Source of the DNA: Balanoglossus misakiensis
Taxonomy: Eukaryota; Animalia; Hemichordata
Assembly (NCBI GenBank): GCA_040954595.2
Contig: CM082581.2
Span: 62,001 to 126,000, forward strand
DNA: 64,000 nt
Direction of reading: 5' to 3'
Within the stretch, counting starts at the first letter, position 1; every line of letters starts with the position of its first letter. Both the position numbers and the translations under genes were made by a program. Below, piece after piece: positions 24,424 through 38,710 of this stretch. The notes beneath the pieces are model-generated. The model was not told the origin of the DNA. It worked only from the letters and a program-made list of their open reading frames with translations, and made no database searches.

Positions 24424-25045
24424 CTGTAGGAGTAAAGACGTCAAATATTAGAGAGGTTTAAGAGCCCTCTAGCCAGCAAACTTCATCAAGGATGTACGCG
24501 CAGAACATAAACTGGAAACACTGCGCGCCCGGTCTTTTTCCCATAGGATTACATTGATAATCGCCAGAAAACAAACTTCTACTATTGTCATTTTCACGAA
24601 ATTGTACACATAGCTCAGTCCAGCAAATATAAATTCATTGGTCAAATAAAATATAGGGGTCACCGCGCTCTTTTTTGAGATAAATTGCGTTAAGAATTTT
24701 GCCCATAGACAAACCATTGGTGAAAAATGCTGAGTCAGCAGATTTCTTCTATTATCGACCAAATTCATGGCTCTGTATTTCAAAAACAAGCCCGGTGACC
24801 CCTATATTTTATTACGGATTTTCATTATACATACAAAGGAGAATAAAAAAATCCACAATTAAAAAAAATGACAATACTTTCAATTTTACTGAACGTACAT
24901 CCTTAATGTTACTTAATATGTAGTGGAGCACCAAAACCCAAATTTTCATATCGATTGTGTATTTTGTGATAAAAGCACCAAACTTGGCTCAGATGTGTGT
25001 TAATGTGTACTGAACGAATTCAGATAGCGAGTCACTAAATATCTG

Positions 25046-25472
25046 TAGTCTCGGTTACCCAGAGCCCTCTGCTTCTTCCGTTAGGCACTCCAGAAAGAGG
25101 GTCTGGGGAAACCCGGTAGACAAATCGCCGGGCGGAATCGGGACAGCTGCGATGCATGACGGGAGCTTAATATTCGGTACGATATTATGATATGACGATA
25201 TTAGAAAACTATTAACCAAACTTCTCTCTCTCTTTTCAATTTGTAGACAGTTTTAGCAGGTCTAGCACTACTCAGCATGTTTTCTTTATCATATGACATA
25301 CATGTCGGCCGTGAGGTTCGCGCGCAGGACGTCGCCATTTTGGAATATTAAGCTCCCGTCATGCATCGCAGCTGTCCCGATTCCGCCCGGCGATTTGTCT
25401 ACCGGGTTTCCCCAGACCCTCTTTCTGGAGTGCCTAACGGAAGAAGCAGAGGGCTCTGGGTAACCGAGACTA
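25046..25472. mobile_element. 130-bp-TIR MITE (copy 2)
   Basis: Duplicate of 5368-5794 including the TSD. Confidence 0.92.
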
Positions 25473-25754
25473 TAAATATCTGTTGAAGAGTTTCCATGTC
25501 AACCATTTTTTTTCAAAATGGCCGCCAATACAGATAATCACACCTGTTAAACACCAAAATAAATTCAGATTACAATATTTGAAACAAGAAACTACGGAAA
25601 GAATGGTTTGCAATAGAACTATGGTTATTAAACTACAAATGTACTTATAAGGGTAACTAAGGGATCAAAACACAGGTGCAACTTTCAATCCCTGGTTCTC
25701 GCATTAGTATAGGTGCTCCCCCCAGTCAAACATTATGGCTAGTTGCGATATTTA

Positions 25755-26614
25755 ACTGGAAAGTGCAGTTCACGAAATAAAAACCTGGATGACACATAAT
25801 AAACTTCAACTCAATGGTGGCAAAACCGAGGTACTCCTGATAAGGTCTCAGTTCAACCGCTCGCCTCGTCCCATAAACCACATGAGCATTGGATCATGTT
25901 GTGTTCAAATTGTGAATTCTGCACGGAATATAGGTGTGACATTCGACGACAATTACACTTTCAATAAGCACATTAATGCAATTTGCAAGTCAATTTTCTT
26001 CCATCTGCGTCAAATCAGCCACATTCGCCGTTACCTCACTAAGGAAGTTTGCCAGATGCTGGTTCATGCTCTAATCACATCAAAACTGAACTACTGTAAT
26101 GCACTACTCTGTGGTTTACCATCATCATGCATGCTACAGCATGCCCTGAATTCTGCAGCCAGGATCGTTTCTCGTACCCGTAAAACGGATCATATTACTC
26201 CTGTTCTCATGGATTTACATTGGTTGCCTGTACACTATAGAATCCAATACAAGATCTTGCTTATGACATATAAGGCATTAAACAACACAGCACCAGCTTA
26301 CATCTCTGACTTAATCCATCTGAAAACTTCAACAAGACTTCTTCGTTCAAATGACAAATTTCTACTTCATGTACCATGGAGTAAGAAGAAAACGTACGGC
26401 GATCATGCTTTTTCGTATATCGTCCCACTCATTTGGAACAGTGTCCCAATAGAAGTATGCTAGTCACCTAGCCTTGACAGTTTCAAGAAACACATCAAGA
26501 CTTATCTGTTTAACAGAGCCTATTTACAGTAACTTTACATTGTAAAGCGCTATTGAACACTATTGCAGTGGAGTTTGGTGCTCTATAAGTCCTTTTGATT
26601 GATTGATTGATTGA
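25755..26614 (+). mobile_element. L2-clade LINE fragment (copy 2)
   Basis: Duplicate of 6077-6936. Confidence 0.92.
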
Positions 26615-29600
26615 TGAACAATTTACCACCTTAGCTAAACACATAAACAGATCACCGATACGTCCGAATAGCGCGTGTATGAGGGCTTGGCTAACTTGTG
26701 ACCTCAGTAAAGATCATGTGAAAATGTCCATTTTGTTTGGTCGGGCATTGGTTCTTGTCGGCAAAAACTGCCATAGGAAATTATAAACTTTAGTCAAATT
26801 GTTGAAACAATAAATAATAGTCCATGTGTCTTGATACTTCAGATCATGCATCGGTTCGACTCTGTCTGTAGTCGGCTACCCAAATTTATTGGGAAGTTCG
26901 GCCTTTTACACATTAATACATGTGGTTTTCGATCATATCCTACCGGTCTTATTGGTTGGCATTAATTTGGCAGTGTGCTATAAGCATATTACATCCTACA
27001 TCAAACCAAAATAAAGCTTGTGATACTTTGACCATCAGTTTTTGTTTACTTTTAGTCGCTAGTGAAATTCAAGCTCAGTAATAACTTTACAACTAACTTA
27101 TTAGGGGCCCAAGCCCCTATGGGCGGGGCCCCTATTGGTATTGCTGGCATTTTTCTTCTTCTTTGGCACTTTCATCGGCCACTAGGATCTTGAAAACGGC
27201 TAAACCTACAATTCTCAAATATGGCACAATGATGCAGGCCAATGAGATCTGGTGCAGTACGTCCGTGAATGTTAAATTAGTCAAGTGACCTGATGACCAT
27301 ATAAGGGCGAAATTTTCAAATTAGGGTATGCCGATTTTGAGAAGAAGATTTTTGATCATTATATTTCATATTTTTTCATTGACCATGGGGGGTCTGGACC
27401 AAGGCATAGGCTTTACTATACCCGCATAGTAAAGCTATGACAACATCGTATTTAAATAATAACACATGTTAGCGAGGGATATATCATGATCTTTTGCCTG
27501 CACAAGGGATGGTGATCTTTGACCTTAATAATATTGATGATGCCCGAGCCGCAGGGAAGGGCATCATCAATATCTTTTGATGTGTGACGTTACCAGCACA
27601 TTCCAGAAGACAGCATGGCATCGTCTGTACAAGTTGAGTGAAATACTTAGAAAGATATCGCCACATACAGTGACTGGGCTGTGTTCATGTTTTTCTCTTG
27701 AAATCATGGACAGTGTTATACACCTCTGTATCAATGCTGTTTTAGTGACTTTTTCACACCCGTTCTTTTTGTTTTGAGTGAATAGGATAGTCAACTAACT
27801 ACTGCTGGACAATGGGTGTGAGTTTCATGGCTCTCACATGATGGGGTAATCTGGGGTAACATTTTGAAAATACCATGTTATTTTCAGAACGCAGTTACGG
27901 TGTATGTACATGTGAACAGTGATACATGTACATGTGTAGGTCGGAAATTTAGATCGGGTATACACGTCTGCATCTAACACTCAAAGTGCAATATTGCCAA
28001 ACGTGTGTATTATACACGATATACTACATGTAGTAATTCTATTAGACTTAGTCTGCATTGGTCAATATAATATACGGAAACTAAATATGTCGATCGGATT
28101 TAATCTTTCACAGGTCCAGCTGTGGTTGCGCAGAACACGTCTCCATTTATGGTGTGAACAGGGACTGCTGTACGCATGTGCACATCTGAGTTCACGAGGT
28201 TACACGTACTGCGGTTGCGCAGAACACGTCTCCATTTATGGAGTGAACAGGGACTGACCAAGGGGCCGAAATGAGAAGCCAAATTTCGGGTGACCCCTTG
28301 ACCTTTGACCCACCTTGAAAAACACATATCTACTTCTACGCTAACTAATACACCTAGGGAGCTGATTTTTGGTGGACAGGTACAACTATTGGACCAAATC
28401 ATTTCGCCGCAATGTCACGTGACCTCGGTGACCTTTGAACTATATATAACATAAATGCTCATAAGTACGTAACTATTAGACCGACAGACTTCATATTTGG
28501 TGGGATGAAGCATACACATGTACTTGTTACTCCTTGACCTTTGACCTAATTAATTATGTGCATACCTAATTCTAGGCTTACCAATAGGGCTAGAGGTTTT
28601 GTTTCTGTTGGACATGGACAAGTGTGGGGTCCAATTTTTTCCATAATATTTTGGGTGACCTCAGGTGATCTACTTTCTCATATCTCGGCCTCCAGAGCAG
28701 GTACAGCCTTAGCATTTCGAGGGATGGGACTAAAATGAAAAGCCGAATTTTGAGGTCACCTGTACAACTGCTTAACTCATTAATTATGTGCATACCTAAT
28801 TCCAGGCGAACCAATAGGGCTGAAGGTTTGGTTTCTGATGGACCTGGACCAGTATGGGGTCAAAAAATTTTGCCCAAATTTCGGGTGACCTCAGATGACC
28901 ATTTTGGCTTGCAGCTATATTTTAACCCTAATGCTACTAGGTGTCATACCTGTTTAGAGTGCCTTAAAGTATGTATTTGCCATTTTTTCTTCCTAAACGT
29001 ATTTTGACTGTCTTGCCATGGCTCTCATATGTTAGACACACTTGGCAGTCTAAACCCCCCTTAAATGTACTAAATCGTACTGGTTTGCTCTGGTTTGGTT
29101 TGAGGGTCTTGTATAGGCCCTACTGCGTAACACGCCCTTGGCAGCCTAACAGGCCTGGGAGCCAGGATTCTAGGCACCCTGGATATCAAACTGACTTGGC
29201 AGCGTTAGGGTTAAAACTATGAATAATCACATACTAGATGTTTGAAAAATGGCAATGTCTTCTCTAAATGTTCTCCATCCAAAGGGATCTGACAAGGGTG
29301 TCCCCTGTCAGCACTTCATTTTTTGTTTGTCATAGCAATTTTCGCGACTGTTATATTAGATTTAGAGTTGACTAAAAGATAAATGGTGTCTACGATTCCA
29401 AACACATAAAAATTACACCAGTTGTGGACGACACAACATTATTTTATTTAATGAGAGTAGTGTTCATCATGCCATAAATATTGTCAAAAAATTTGTTAGT
29501 TTTAGAAACCCAACTAAATACACGAAAAGTTGGGCTTTAGATTGGTTAACTGAAAATCAGGCTGATTGCAATTTTTCGGGATTAAGTGGCCCGATACTCC

Positions 29601-30281
29601 CAACAAGTCACTTGGAATGTACTTTCATTCTAATATTGTTATTTATTAGCATGGAGTAATCTTACTTTTTACCATAAGGGTGGAACCATGATTCATTCTC
29701 AAAAGGGGTCTGGTACCAATACTCATAATGGCCTTCGATACCGGCAGGCATGTATAGCCTATGGCTACGCCCAGCATGAGGTGGTGATTCATACTGTTGG
29801 TTGTATGGACTAGCTGGGTTCGGTGACAGCGACACAAATTTTCATGCAGATCTTGATTACACTTGTAGAGAAAAACAAAAAATCTACATATTGAAAGAAA
29901 TGGTGATACTTTAAACTGTATAAATTATTATCCCAAGACAATAAATCAAAACTTACTTTGTTCACAAAGGTCACCAGTGAAAACAATTCTGACAGAAACA
30001 TGTGTACAGTTCACATGATCCAGATGTCATCTGGCAGAAACCACTGTTCAAGCACGGATTGGGATCGCATTGGTTGATTCCTGGTTTTCAATACACAAGA
30101 AAGTTGGGACGATGAGCAATGGGGCAGAGACTGATCATCAAAAATTTGGGACAGGGAATTCCAACAAATGAGATCATTAAGTCATATATGCAAAGCAAAT
30201 CAGAAAAGAGAATCAGAAGATTTTCTCCGAAGGACACCTTGCAAATTCATGATTGGAAAGACACTGCAGTCACATGTATAT

Positions 30282-30748
30282 TGTAGTGTCCAAACACTGG
30301 TGAGCATCTATACTTTATACATTCTGTAAAATGACGTAAACATTCGGGTCATTATGAATAAAGTGCGTGAACGAGGCTAGGCACTCTCACTCTTACATGC
30401 CGGACTTGGTGTCTCGTGTTGTCATTATTGCCCACCCACGATTCTATATTTTGCGACGAGGACAGAGAACACGGAGAATCAGCTAGCCGGATCAAGAGGT
30501 CAAATCACAAATCATACGAGGATTCACATCAGCCCGTCTCAGACGTCGTGCTCTTCGGGAGGAGACGACACTAGAGAATCTTCTGAGTACAGCCTGTTCA
30601 TTTGAGGTATCAGAGGTTCAGGCTAGTGGGATTGAGGAGAAAACCCAAAATAATGGTGCAGATACGGCATCTGTGAATGCGGTCAGAAAACAGCGCCATC
30701 AACGCTCGAAACCAAATAAACAAAAGAGAGCTCATCAGCAGCCAGCGA
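30282..30748 (+). mobile_element. Gypsy remnant, 5' half only (copy 2)
   Basis: LTR, PBS and gag start, truncated by the 1608-bp deletion. Confidence 0.8.
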
Positions 30749-33700
30749 GCAGACTAGTCCATTCAATGTAAAAAATGGTGCTGATTCCAAAAAAGTCAGT
30801 CTTATTGACCCCTTTGAAGACAAAATTGCCATTTTTGCCACTTTTAACCCAAAAGGTCATTAAAAAAACCCACTCAAAACACACTGTTTTCATCACATTC
30901 GGAGATCTGATGACATTTGAGGATTATGCGGAAACAGTGACACAGCAGAATAAAAATTACAGGTGACATTTGCAAGCACTTATGATCTGACCATATAGAA
31001 ATATGCAATGTAAAAACATTAACAAGGAACATGCCCAATAAACTGTCATGTGTCATGGCAGTCTTACAAGTGGTGCTAGAAAAAAAAATTGACCAAAAAT
31101 TGTCTGTACACAAACACATATGCGAAGCAACTTCTTTCAGTCAGCCCTGGAACAGACACACACTGACCTGCCACTGGTAATTAAAATGTGATAGCTGGTG
31201 GTCTCTGTAACAGCTGGCCTATTTAAGTTATGTAAACATGTCTTTGTTCGAGGTAACAACTCCTTGTAAATAGTAACTTTAAAAACAACTGGACAATTTG
31301 TTTAGGAGAAGATTTGCTAACCAAAAACAAAGAAACTTTCCAAAAAAACTCGCTAAATATTTAATCTTTCTGATCTCAGAATTGAATAAAAGTTGCACAT
31401 ATACAGGTATGTGTTATGAAATTATATCCTAAATTTCAAAGCAATCAGAGAAAAAACTAATTTCAAAGCAATACAACAAGCAGTTTCACAGAAAATATTT
31501 GTTCAAAAGTGGCAAAAACACAAATATGCAAATATCACCAAAATTGTACAATATCTTACTTCAATCACTACAAGGAACATGCTGCCTAAGTTCAATGCAA
31601 TAGGATAAGCGGTTTCAGTGAAAACAATTTTTGACAAAAATTGCAAAAGTTTCCCCGATAACACATTTATGCAAATATCACATTTTTTACAACATATTAT
31701 TTAGGTTACCCCTACGAACATGCCTACCAAATTGCAAAGCAATCTGGCATGAGGTTTTAAAGAAAAACATTTTTTGACCAAAAATGGCAAATAATGCTCA
31801 AAATTATAGATATGCAAATTTTGCAACAATTTGAACAAAACTATGGTTACTTAGACAACATTAGGAGGCTTCATACTAAATTTCAAAGACTTTTACCAAT
31901 AACATGGAAAAATACAAAAAAATGCAAAAAAAATAGGAAATCGATAATATTAGCTCAAAACATACAGGGTTGTATGAGGTTGATATAAGGTACATGCATA
32001 CCATTTTTCAAATCAATATGACCAGTGGTTGTCCAGTTTTTGAGTTTTGACCAATTTCACATTTTCCCAGCTAATTTGCATATTTTTGGCAATGACATCT
32101 TCATTTGAACAAACTCCCATCTACAGCCCTGCCTGCATCTACACGCCAAATATCGAGGTCATACGCGCTGCGGTTTTCAAGTTTTTCATGTGGACGGACA
32201 TACAGACATACATCCATCCATCCATCCATACATACAGACGTAACCAATCCCATAAGTTCCCATGGTACATACCAATGGGACCTAAAAACTTGTGACTTAC
32301 ATGTAACACATGTTTGCCCAGTGTAGCAGGTTGGACAGTTGCAGGTGTAGATTGAGCAGGAGCCTTGAAGTGGCTGATACACTCCGTTATTCAGACATGG
32401 GTTTAGAAGACACTGGTTGATCGCTAAGGGTGAGAGAAATGAAAAAGTATCACATTAGGGTCTTACACACTTGAGTGGGAAGTGAAATCTGTAGCAGACT
32501 GTCAGAAGATTGCACATCCGTGTGATCATGTTCATGTGTGAAGGATAATGAAGACCACTTGATCCAAGCTTGGTGCTACCATCTTTATCATAATTACAGA
32601 ATCTTATAATATTTACTAGTTGGGGGTGGGTGGGGTGGGGGTGGGGGTAGTTGATGTCATAACTTTCTGATGTTTCAATTTACGGTTGGAAAAATAGCAA
32701 CATCTACACTGATGAGCATTTGAGTCAATGAAAGTATTCATCATGGCTACCGTAGTGCATATAAGTCTCTTGGTTAGCTGCACAATCACAGGCAACTTTA
32801 TTGAGACAATATCAATGACAAAGCCCAGCGATTTCTACTTTGTGCGGGAAATCTGACACTGGTTTGCTTACGTTCAGCGCACGTGGTTCCGATGAAACAG
32901 CGTGGACTCTGGCATCTGAACTCGGTGCAGGACACTTGCTGGCAGAATCCACTGTTTAGACAAGGGTTGGGCTGACACGGATTCAAATCTGTGCACAGAA
33001 GAGAAAGTGATATAAATTGTGTACAGTTAATATTTACTACATATACTTTAAACAGATTTGTGCAGTCAGGGTTGAGTGGTAAAAATCTCAGTTGGTCAAC
33101 AGAACATCACTGTGACAAATTTCTTCCATGTTCAACAAAAGAAACGTAATGAAATTTTGACACAGGTGTAATAGTGTCTTAGTGTACCATACGGTGCAGG
33201 TTGTTATTTGGTCAAATACACAATCCCCTTTTATGGCACACACATTCTTAATAAATTTCCCCAAAATTGTGTCGTTATTCACTGTTTGATACAGGTTGGA
33301 AGAAACCAACTGCAAGCCGATTATGTGTTATGTTATTATGTTCCTCTTCATCTGAAATTTAAAATCACTCACATGTCTGACATAAATCGCCGGAGTAACA
33401 GCTTGTACAGGAGCATGTGAATTCAGTACACCAATTGGGCGTCAGCACACAGTTTCCACCATTCCGACACTGGATGGGTTGACACTGGTTGACAGCTGTG
33501 GGATGTGCAGTCAAGATATTGTCAAAATTACAGAATCTACAAACTACACTCCACAGTCATGTATATGTATACATGACAACAACCAAAGGGCTGTTTTGAA
33601 AAACCAAATGCTGTGAAATCCTTTAGAGTGTGACAAGAAACCACAGTTGCAACCGAAAACAAAAATAGTGATAACATTAAGCTAGCCCAAAGTTTGAGTT

Positions 33701-36117
33701 ACCAGGGCTTTAATATGTGTACCGTACTTATATTATATAATATATAACAAGTGTTTTGCATTGAATAAAATAATATTGGTTAGTACTTACGCATTGTACA
33801 TGTGGCACCAGTGAAGCATTCGGTACACATACAGTCAAACAGGAAACAGCCGTCTCACGCAACGCATGTGCCACCATTTTGACAAGGCATAGGGTATAAC
33901 TGATCAATGGCTGCCAAAACAAAAATGAAAGTATCAATTACCTGCTTGTCAAAAACTTGTACATGTACTTGTGATGTTCATTTCGTTTAAATATGTGAGC
34001 AATGTCTTTATTCCTTGTTTCAAACCTTTACATTTAAAATAACATAATGATGCTATTGCTAGGATTTTTCTGTAAGAATCTTGAAAAATTAAAAAAATGT
34101 GCCATCAACATGATACAGAAGGCTTTCCTTTTTAACATGCACCTCACACTCAATTTTGACCCTACATCAGCAAATTTTGAAAGGATGAAACTTAGTAATG
34201 CTTCCACCCCATTTATTGGTGTATGGGTCCATCTATCACATTGAGAATACCAAAAATGAGGGTTTATATACCACGCTGTGTCATAAAACAGTAATTCGAC
34301 ACACCTACGGCACAGATGGCCCCAGTCCAACACTACTGGCAGTAACAGGTGTAGTCAGTATAAGAATTTGGTGTTTTGGAACAATAGCCTCCATTTTGAC
34401 ACGGATTCTGATCACATGGGTTAATGACAATCAGAAAAAAAAATAGTTTAAAACACATGAAATGCAGATGGCTACACCTCAACCAAAGATGATTCCTGCA
34501 CCACAACAAAATCCTTTGACACAAGCATTATACTGGAACCATACCCAGAACACGCATTAAGTATATGATGAAGGGACAATGTCTCTATTTTGGGTAATAC
34601 AGTAAAACCTGTCTTTATGGACACCTCTCTAATCAGAACACCTAGTAAGATTGATTTTTCAAGCCAAATAGTAAGGATAATTAAGGACGTCTCTTTTACT
34701 TAATACTCAGAGGTGTGCACCACCTTAGGAGAGATTACCTCACATGCACAATTATCTCTACAGACACTAGTCTTCAAGAGGCAACTCTTGTATATTTGAG
34801 TGATGAAAACATCCAACTTCGTACACTTCCTCACAAGTTCGTGCCTATCCTAAATTGCACGGACATACAAATGAAATTTCTGTTTCCTTTTCCTTTCTTT
34901 TCTCTTGGGGAAATTTTAGAAATGAGAAGTTACCACACAATTCAATTGCCATGAAGAGAAAGTGCCCAAAAGATTGTCATTTACGGTACGTCAGAAACTT
35001 ACATATTTCACAACGGTTACCCTCATAGCAACCAGTACAGGCACAGGTATATGCCGTGCAGGAGTTGGCCACTGCATTACATACAGCCCCGTTGAGACAG
35101 CTGTTTCGCTGGCATGGATCTTGGACTGCAATAAAAAGTGCAACCTAATGTTATCTCAGCAATATTTACTTTCAAAATCTGTTTGATGAAAACATCATCA
35201 TTACCATTACTGTAAATACTGAACGGAACTTCACTTCCAAAAACAACTTGCTCATTCTGGGACGCACTTATGGGGCTATGAAAATCTCTGTATATGTATC
35301 TTGTGTAGGGAAAATTTTCATGAACGATCAACAGTTTTTTCTTCAAATAAACATGTTTTCTTTCAGCTGTACATCATTTTTGAGGTGACCGATTCCCAAG
35401 GACCAAGGTGTGATGCTGAAGATGAAAATATAAAGTATGACCAACAGACAATGTATTGAGACATGATTGTAAATGTTAGTTCCTGCATGACAAATGTTTG
35501 TTTTAATGAGTTTTACACTGGCTGCAGTGTGTGCCGGTGAAACATCCTGGACAAGTACACTCATAAGTTGTACAAGACAGCTGAGTACACCGCCCATTGT
35601 TCAGGCATGGACTTGGCCTACATGGAGTTTGTTCTGTTTCAATGGCATGAAAAAAAAATAGTAGTGACATAAGTTTTTTAGGGTATGACCATTTCCCTAA
35701 TTCCTACAGCTGTGGTTCTATCGGGTTCTCCTATAACTGAGCCTCCTAAATGTATAACTGAACAATAAGAAGTCAAGGGTGCCCTGACACCCAACTTTTA
35801 AGAGCAGTTCATTTACTGAAACTGCCAGCACCCAATATTATCCCACATGTAATCCATATGTGGAAATCAAATACACCTGTAACAGTTTTAATTTACCATG
35901 TGGGTATTTGCATGGAGGGCCATGGTATTTGTTATCTACTGATAAAATACCCTTCAAAACAATATCCTCATTTCTTCAGAAGTTTGGCAACAAGACCAAT
36001 AAAATTTGAAGTTTCACATCAAAATATACAATGCATAAATATGCTTAAAGATCTACGGAATAAAGATTGCTTGTTTGTTTGCAGGGTGTCTTGAAAGTAT
36101 ATACTCACTTGTTTGAC

Positions 36118-37235
36118 CATGGACCCTAGAGAAAGAAGGACGCGCAACTCCAGTTTTTTCTTGAAATGATGTTCTTTTGCATACATTATTTCCAGGTAAA
36201 TCCCAATAATCCAATTTGCAAATAAACTGTGTATAAACTAACGCAAAGTCTCGCGTTTTGCGTGAAGTTATCACAAACACCTTAGAACATCTCGCAGAAG
36301 ACGAGAAAACTGCAACGTGGTTGAACGCAGCAATCATTTATGGAACACATCTGCACAAGTTAAACAGGAATTTGGCACCTCTGAGTCTGACAGCGTCCAA
36401 AACAAGCATCTTTTGTCTAACAGTCCGGGTATTTCACAAGGCTGTGAGCTAACCGTACCGAGGGTTGCCTGGCGGCAATAGCGCACACATGAAAATCCAG
36501 CCAGTTTGTTTATAAATTGTTTTCGTGAAATCTGTTTTATTGTTCACGCACTGCGAAATAAAATGCCCCTAAACCACAATTTTTGTTTCAATGCTTCACG
36601 CAAACATAAAATTATTACGAAAAGTGTCAGCGTTACCAAGAAATATGAGTGCCCAGTCGGACATGCAAGAAGGACGCGCAGCTCCAGTTTTTTCTTGAAA
36701 TGATGTTCTTTTGCATACATTATTTCCAGGTAAATCCCAATAATCCAATTTGCAAATAAACTGTGTATAAACTAATGCAAAGTCTCGCGTTCTGCGTGAA
36801 GTTATCACAAACACCTTAGAACATCTCGCAGAAGACGAGAAAACTGCAACGTGGTTGAACGCAGCAATCATTTATGGAACACATCTGCACAAGTTAAACA
36901 GGAATTTGGCATGGATGATTTGTTTACAATTTTTAAATGAAGCTTGTGGCACTAGAAATGACCGTTCATCCGACAGACGACCATAATAATTAGCACAAAC
37001 ATCGTAATACTTTTAGAATTTTAGAAAAAAACGCAGTGGCTGCTGAAATGCAGGAGTGTCAGTTTGGTGGCAAGTTTTCGCATCACTGGTGGGGTCGACA
37101 CGTGCCGAAGTAAGGAAGTCATTGTCCAACTGTCCTGGGTGTTAATTATATGCAAAAGAACATCATCATACAGATAATCCCCAAACCCTTTGATCTTTGC
37201 CGCAGTTGCTCGTCCTTCTTTCTCTAGGGTCTATG
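36118..37235. mobile_element. P-element-like non-autonomous transposon, 7-bp TSD
   Basis: TIR CATRGACCCTAGAGAAAGAAGGACGMGCAACT at both ends; GTTTGAC at 36111-36117 and 37236-37242. Confidence 0.85.
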
Positions 37236-38278
37236 GTTTGACAGATGTCACCTGTGTAAGAGTTCACACACTGGCATGAATAGAAATTGCACGATGTTTG
37301 CTGGCAAAATCCACCATTCATACATGGGTTGGGATCACAGGGGTTTTGCACTGGAAATTAAGAAAGGACGCCATTTTATTCCTTGCTACTCATTCTACAG
37401 TACAGATATGGCAAAAACCTTGCAGAATTATGGCAAGGGTGTGTGGAGTGATTGTGCCTACAACTTATATTAGGCTGGTATCAAGTTGTTCACACCTCCA
37501 TAGATCATGTGGCAGTGACTGTGAGGCAAGGGCTTCCCTTCATGAAATCAAAGACCTGTGTACTGGAGGAGGGTTCCTTGCAAATGCTTGACTTGACTTC
37601 AAGCATACCTGTAGACTCATATGTAAATTTACACTATCTGGCCTGGAGTGAGAATTTCCATAGTGGATGTGCGTTGACAAAAGGCTGTAAAATTGGCCAG
37701 TCGCGCATAATGTTTCTTGAACTAAGACAATCAAGACATTATGCGCTACGAAAGTGATTTTGATTGGGAAGAGTGTAATCTTGCATTCGATGTCAAGAAC
37801 GCTCCAAGCTCTGCTGTGGTGATGGCTACACCTATGCTCAGGAAACATGCAGTATTTGAATGCATCAGAGACAAAAGGTAAAAGAGACTGCGCTGTATAC
37901 TTACATATCTCACACCTATCACCTTTGTAGCAACCAGTACATATGCAGGTGAGATCAAAGCAGGAATTTCGAGCCGGTTGACAGAAGCCACCATTCTGGC
38001 ACGGATTTGGTGGACACTGGTTGAGTCCTACAAGGAAAAGGGTCAAATTTTCCATGATCATCAATGTCATGTGATTATGAATGTATGTCAGTGGCTGAAA
38101 AAAATTCCCAGGGGTGAGTTTCCTACAAAAATTGTGATGTGACAAACCGACAAATTAGCATATTAGAATAATCAGAATAAATAAAAAACAGGTAGTTTAA
38201 AAGAACAAACACTTTGGAAAAGGAATAGAGCTAAGCTGCTGTCCCTTTCTAATTGTTACTCGTTCAAAAATCACCTGT

Positions 38279-38710
38279 CACATCACTCCAATTTTGTATC
38301 AGTTGCACTGGCTACCTGTTACAGAGCGTATTGTTTTTAAGATGTTAGTTCTCATTTTTAAATCCATTCATAAACTTGGTCCAATCTATGTTTCTAGCAT
38401 GACTAATCTATATGTTCCGTGTCGCAATTTGAGGTCAGCTGATCAGTTCAAACTCTGCCCTGTTCGATCACGCACCAAGAGTTATGGTGATCGTGCTTTT
38501 ACTGTTGCTGCTCCAATTCTTTGGAATAATCTTCCACTCACCATTCGCCAGGCACCAGACTTATCTGTTTTTAAATCAAATGTTAAAACTTTACTTTTTA
38601 AATCTGTTTTTTAGCCATTTGTTGTATTGTACTTTTGCTTTAAGCGTCATTGATCACATTTTTTGTGGATACTGACGCTATACAAATAAATTATTATTAT
38701 TATTATTATT
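38279..38710 (+). mobile_element. L2/CR1-group LINE 3' fragment (copy 3)
   Basis: Duplicate of 141-567. Confidence 0.9.

Larger units (their letters stand above)
19695..38141. repeat. Tandem segmental duplication, copy 2 (18.4 kb; A-type up to ~30748, B-type after)
   Basis: Colinear with copy 1 at offset ~19680, then a 1608-bp deletion at ~30748. After it the indels and SNPs mostly match copy 3. Confidence 0.97.
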
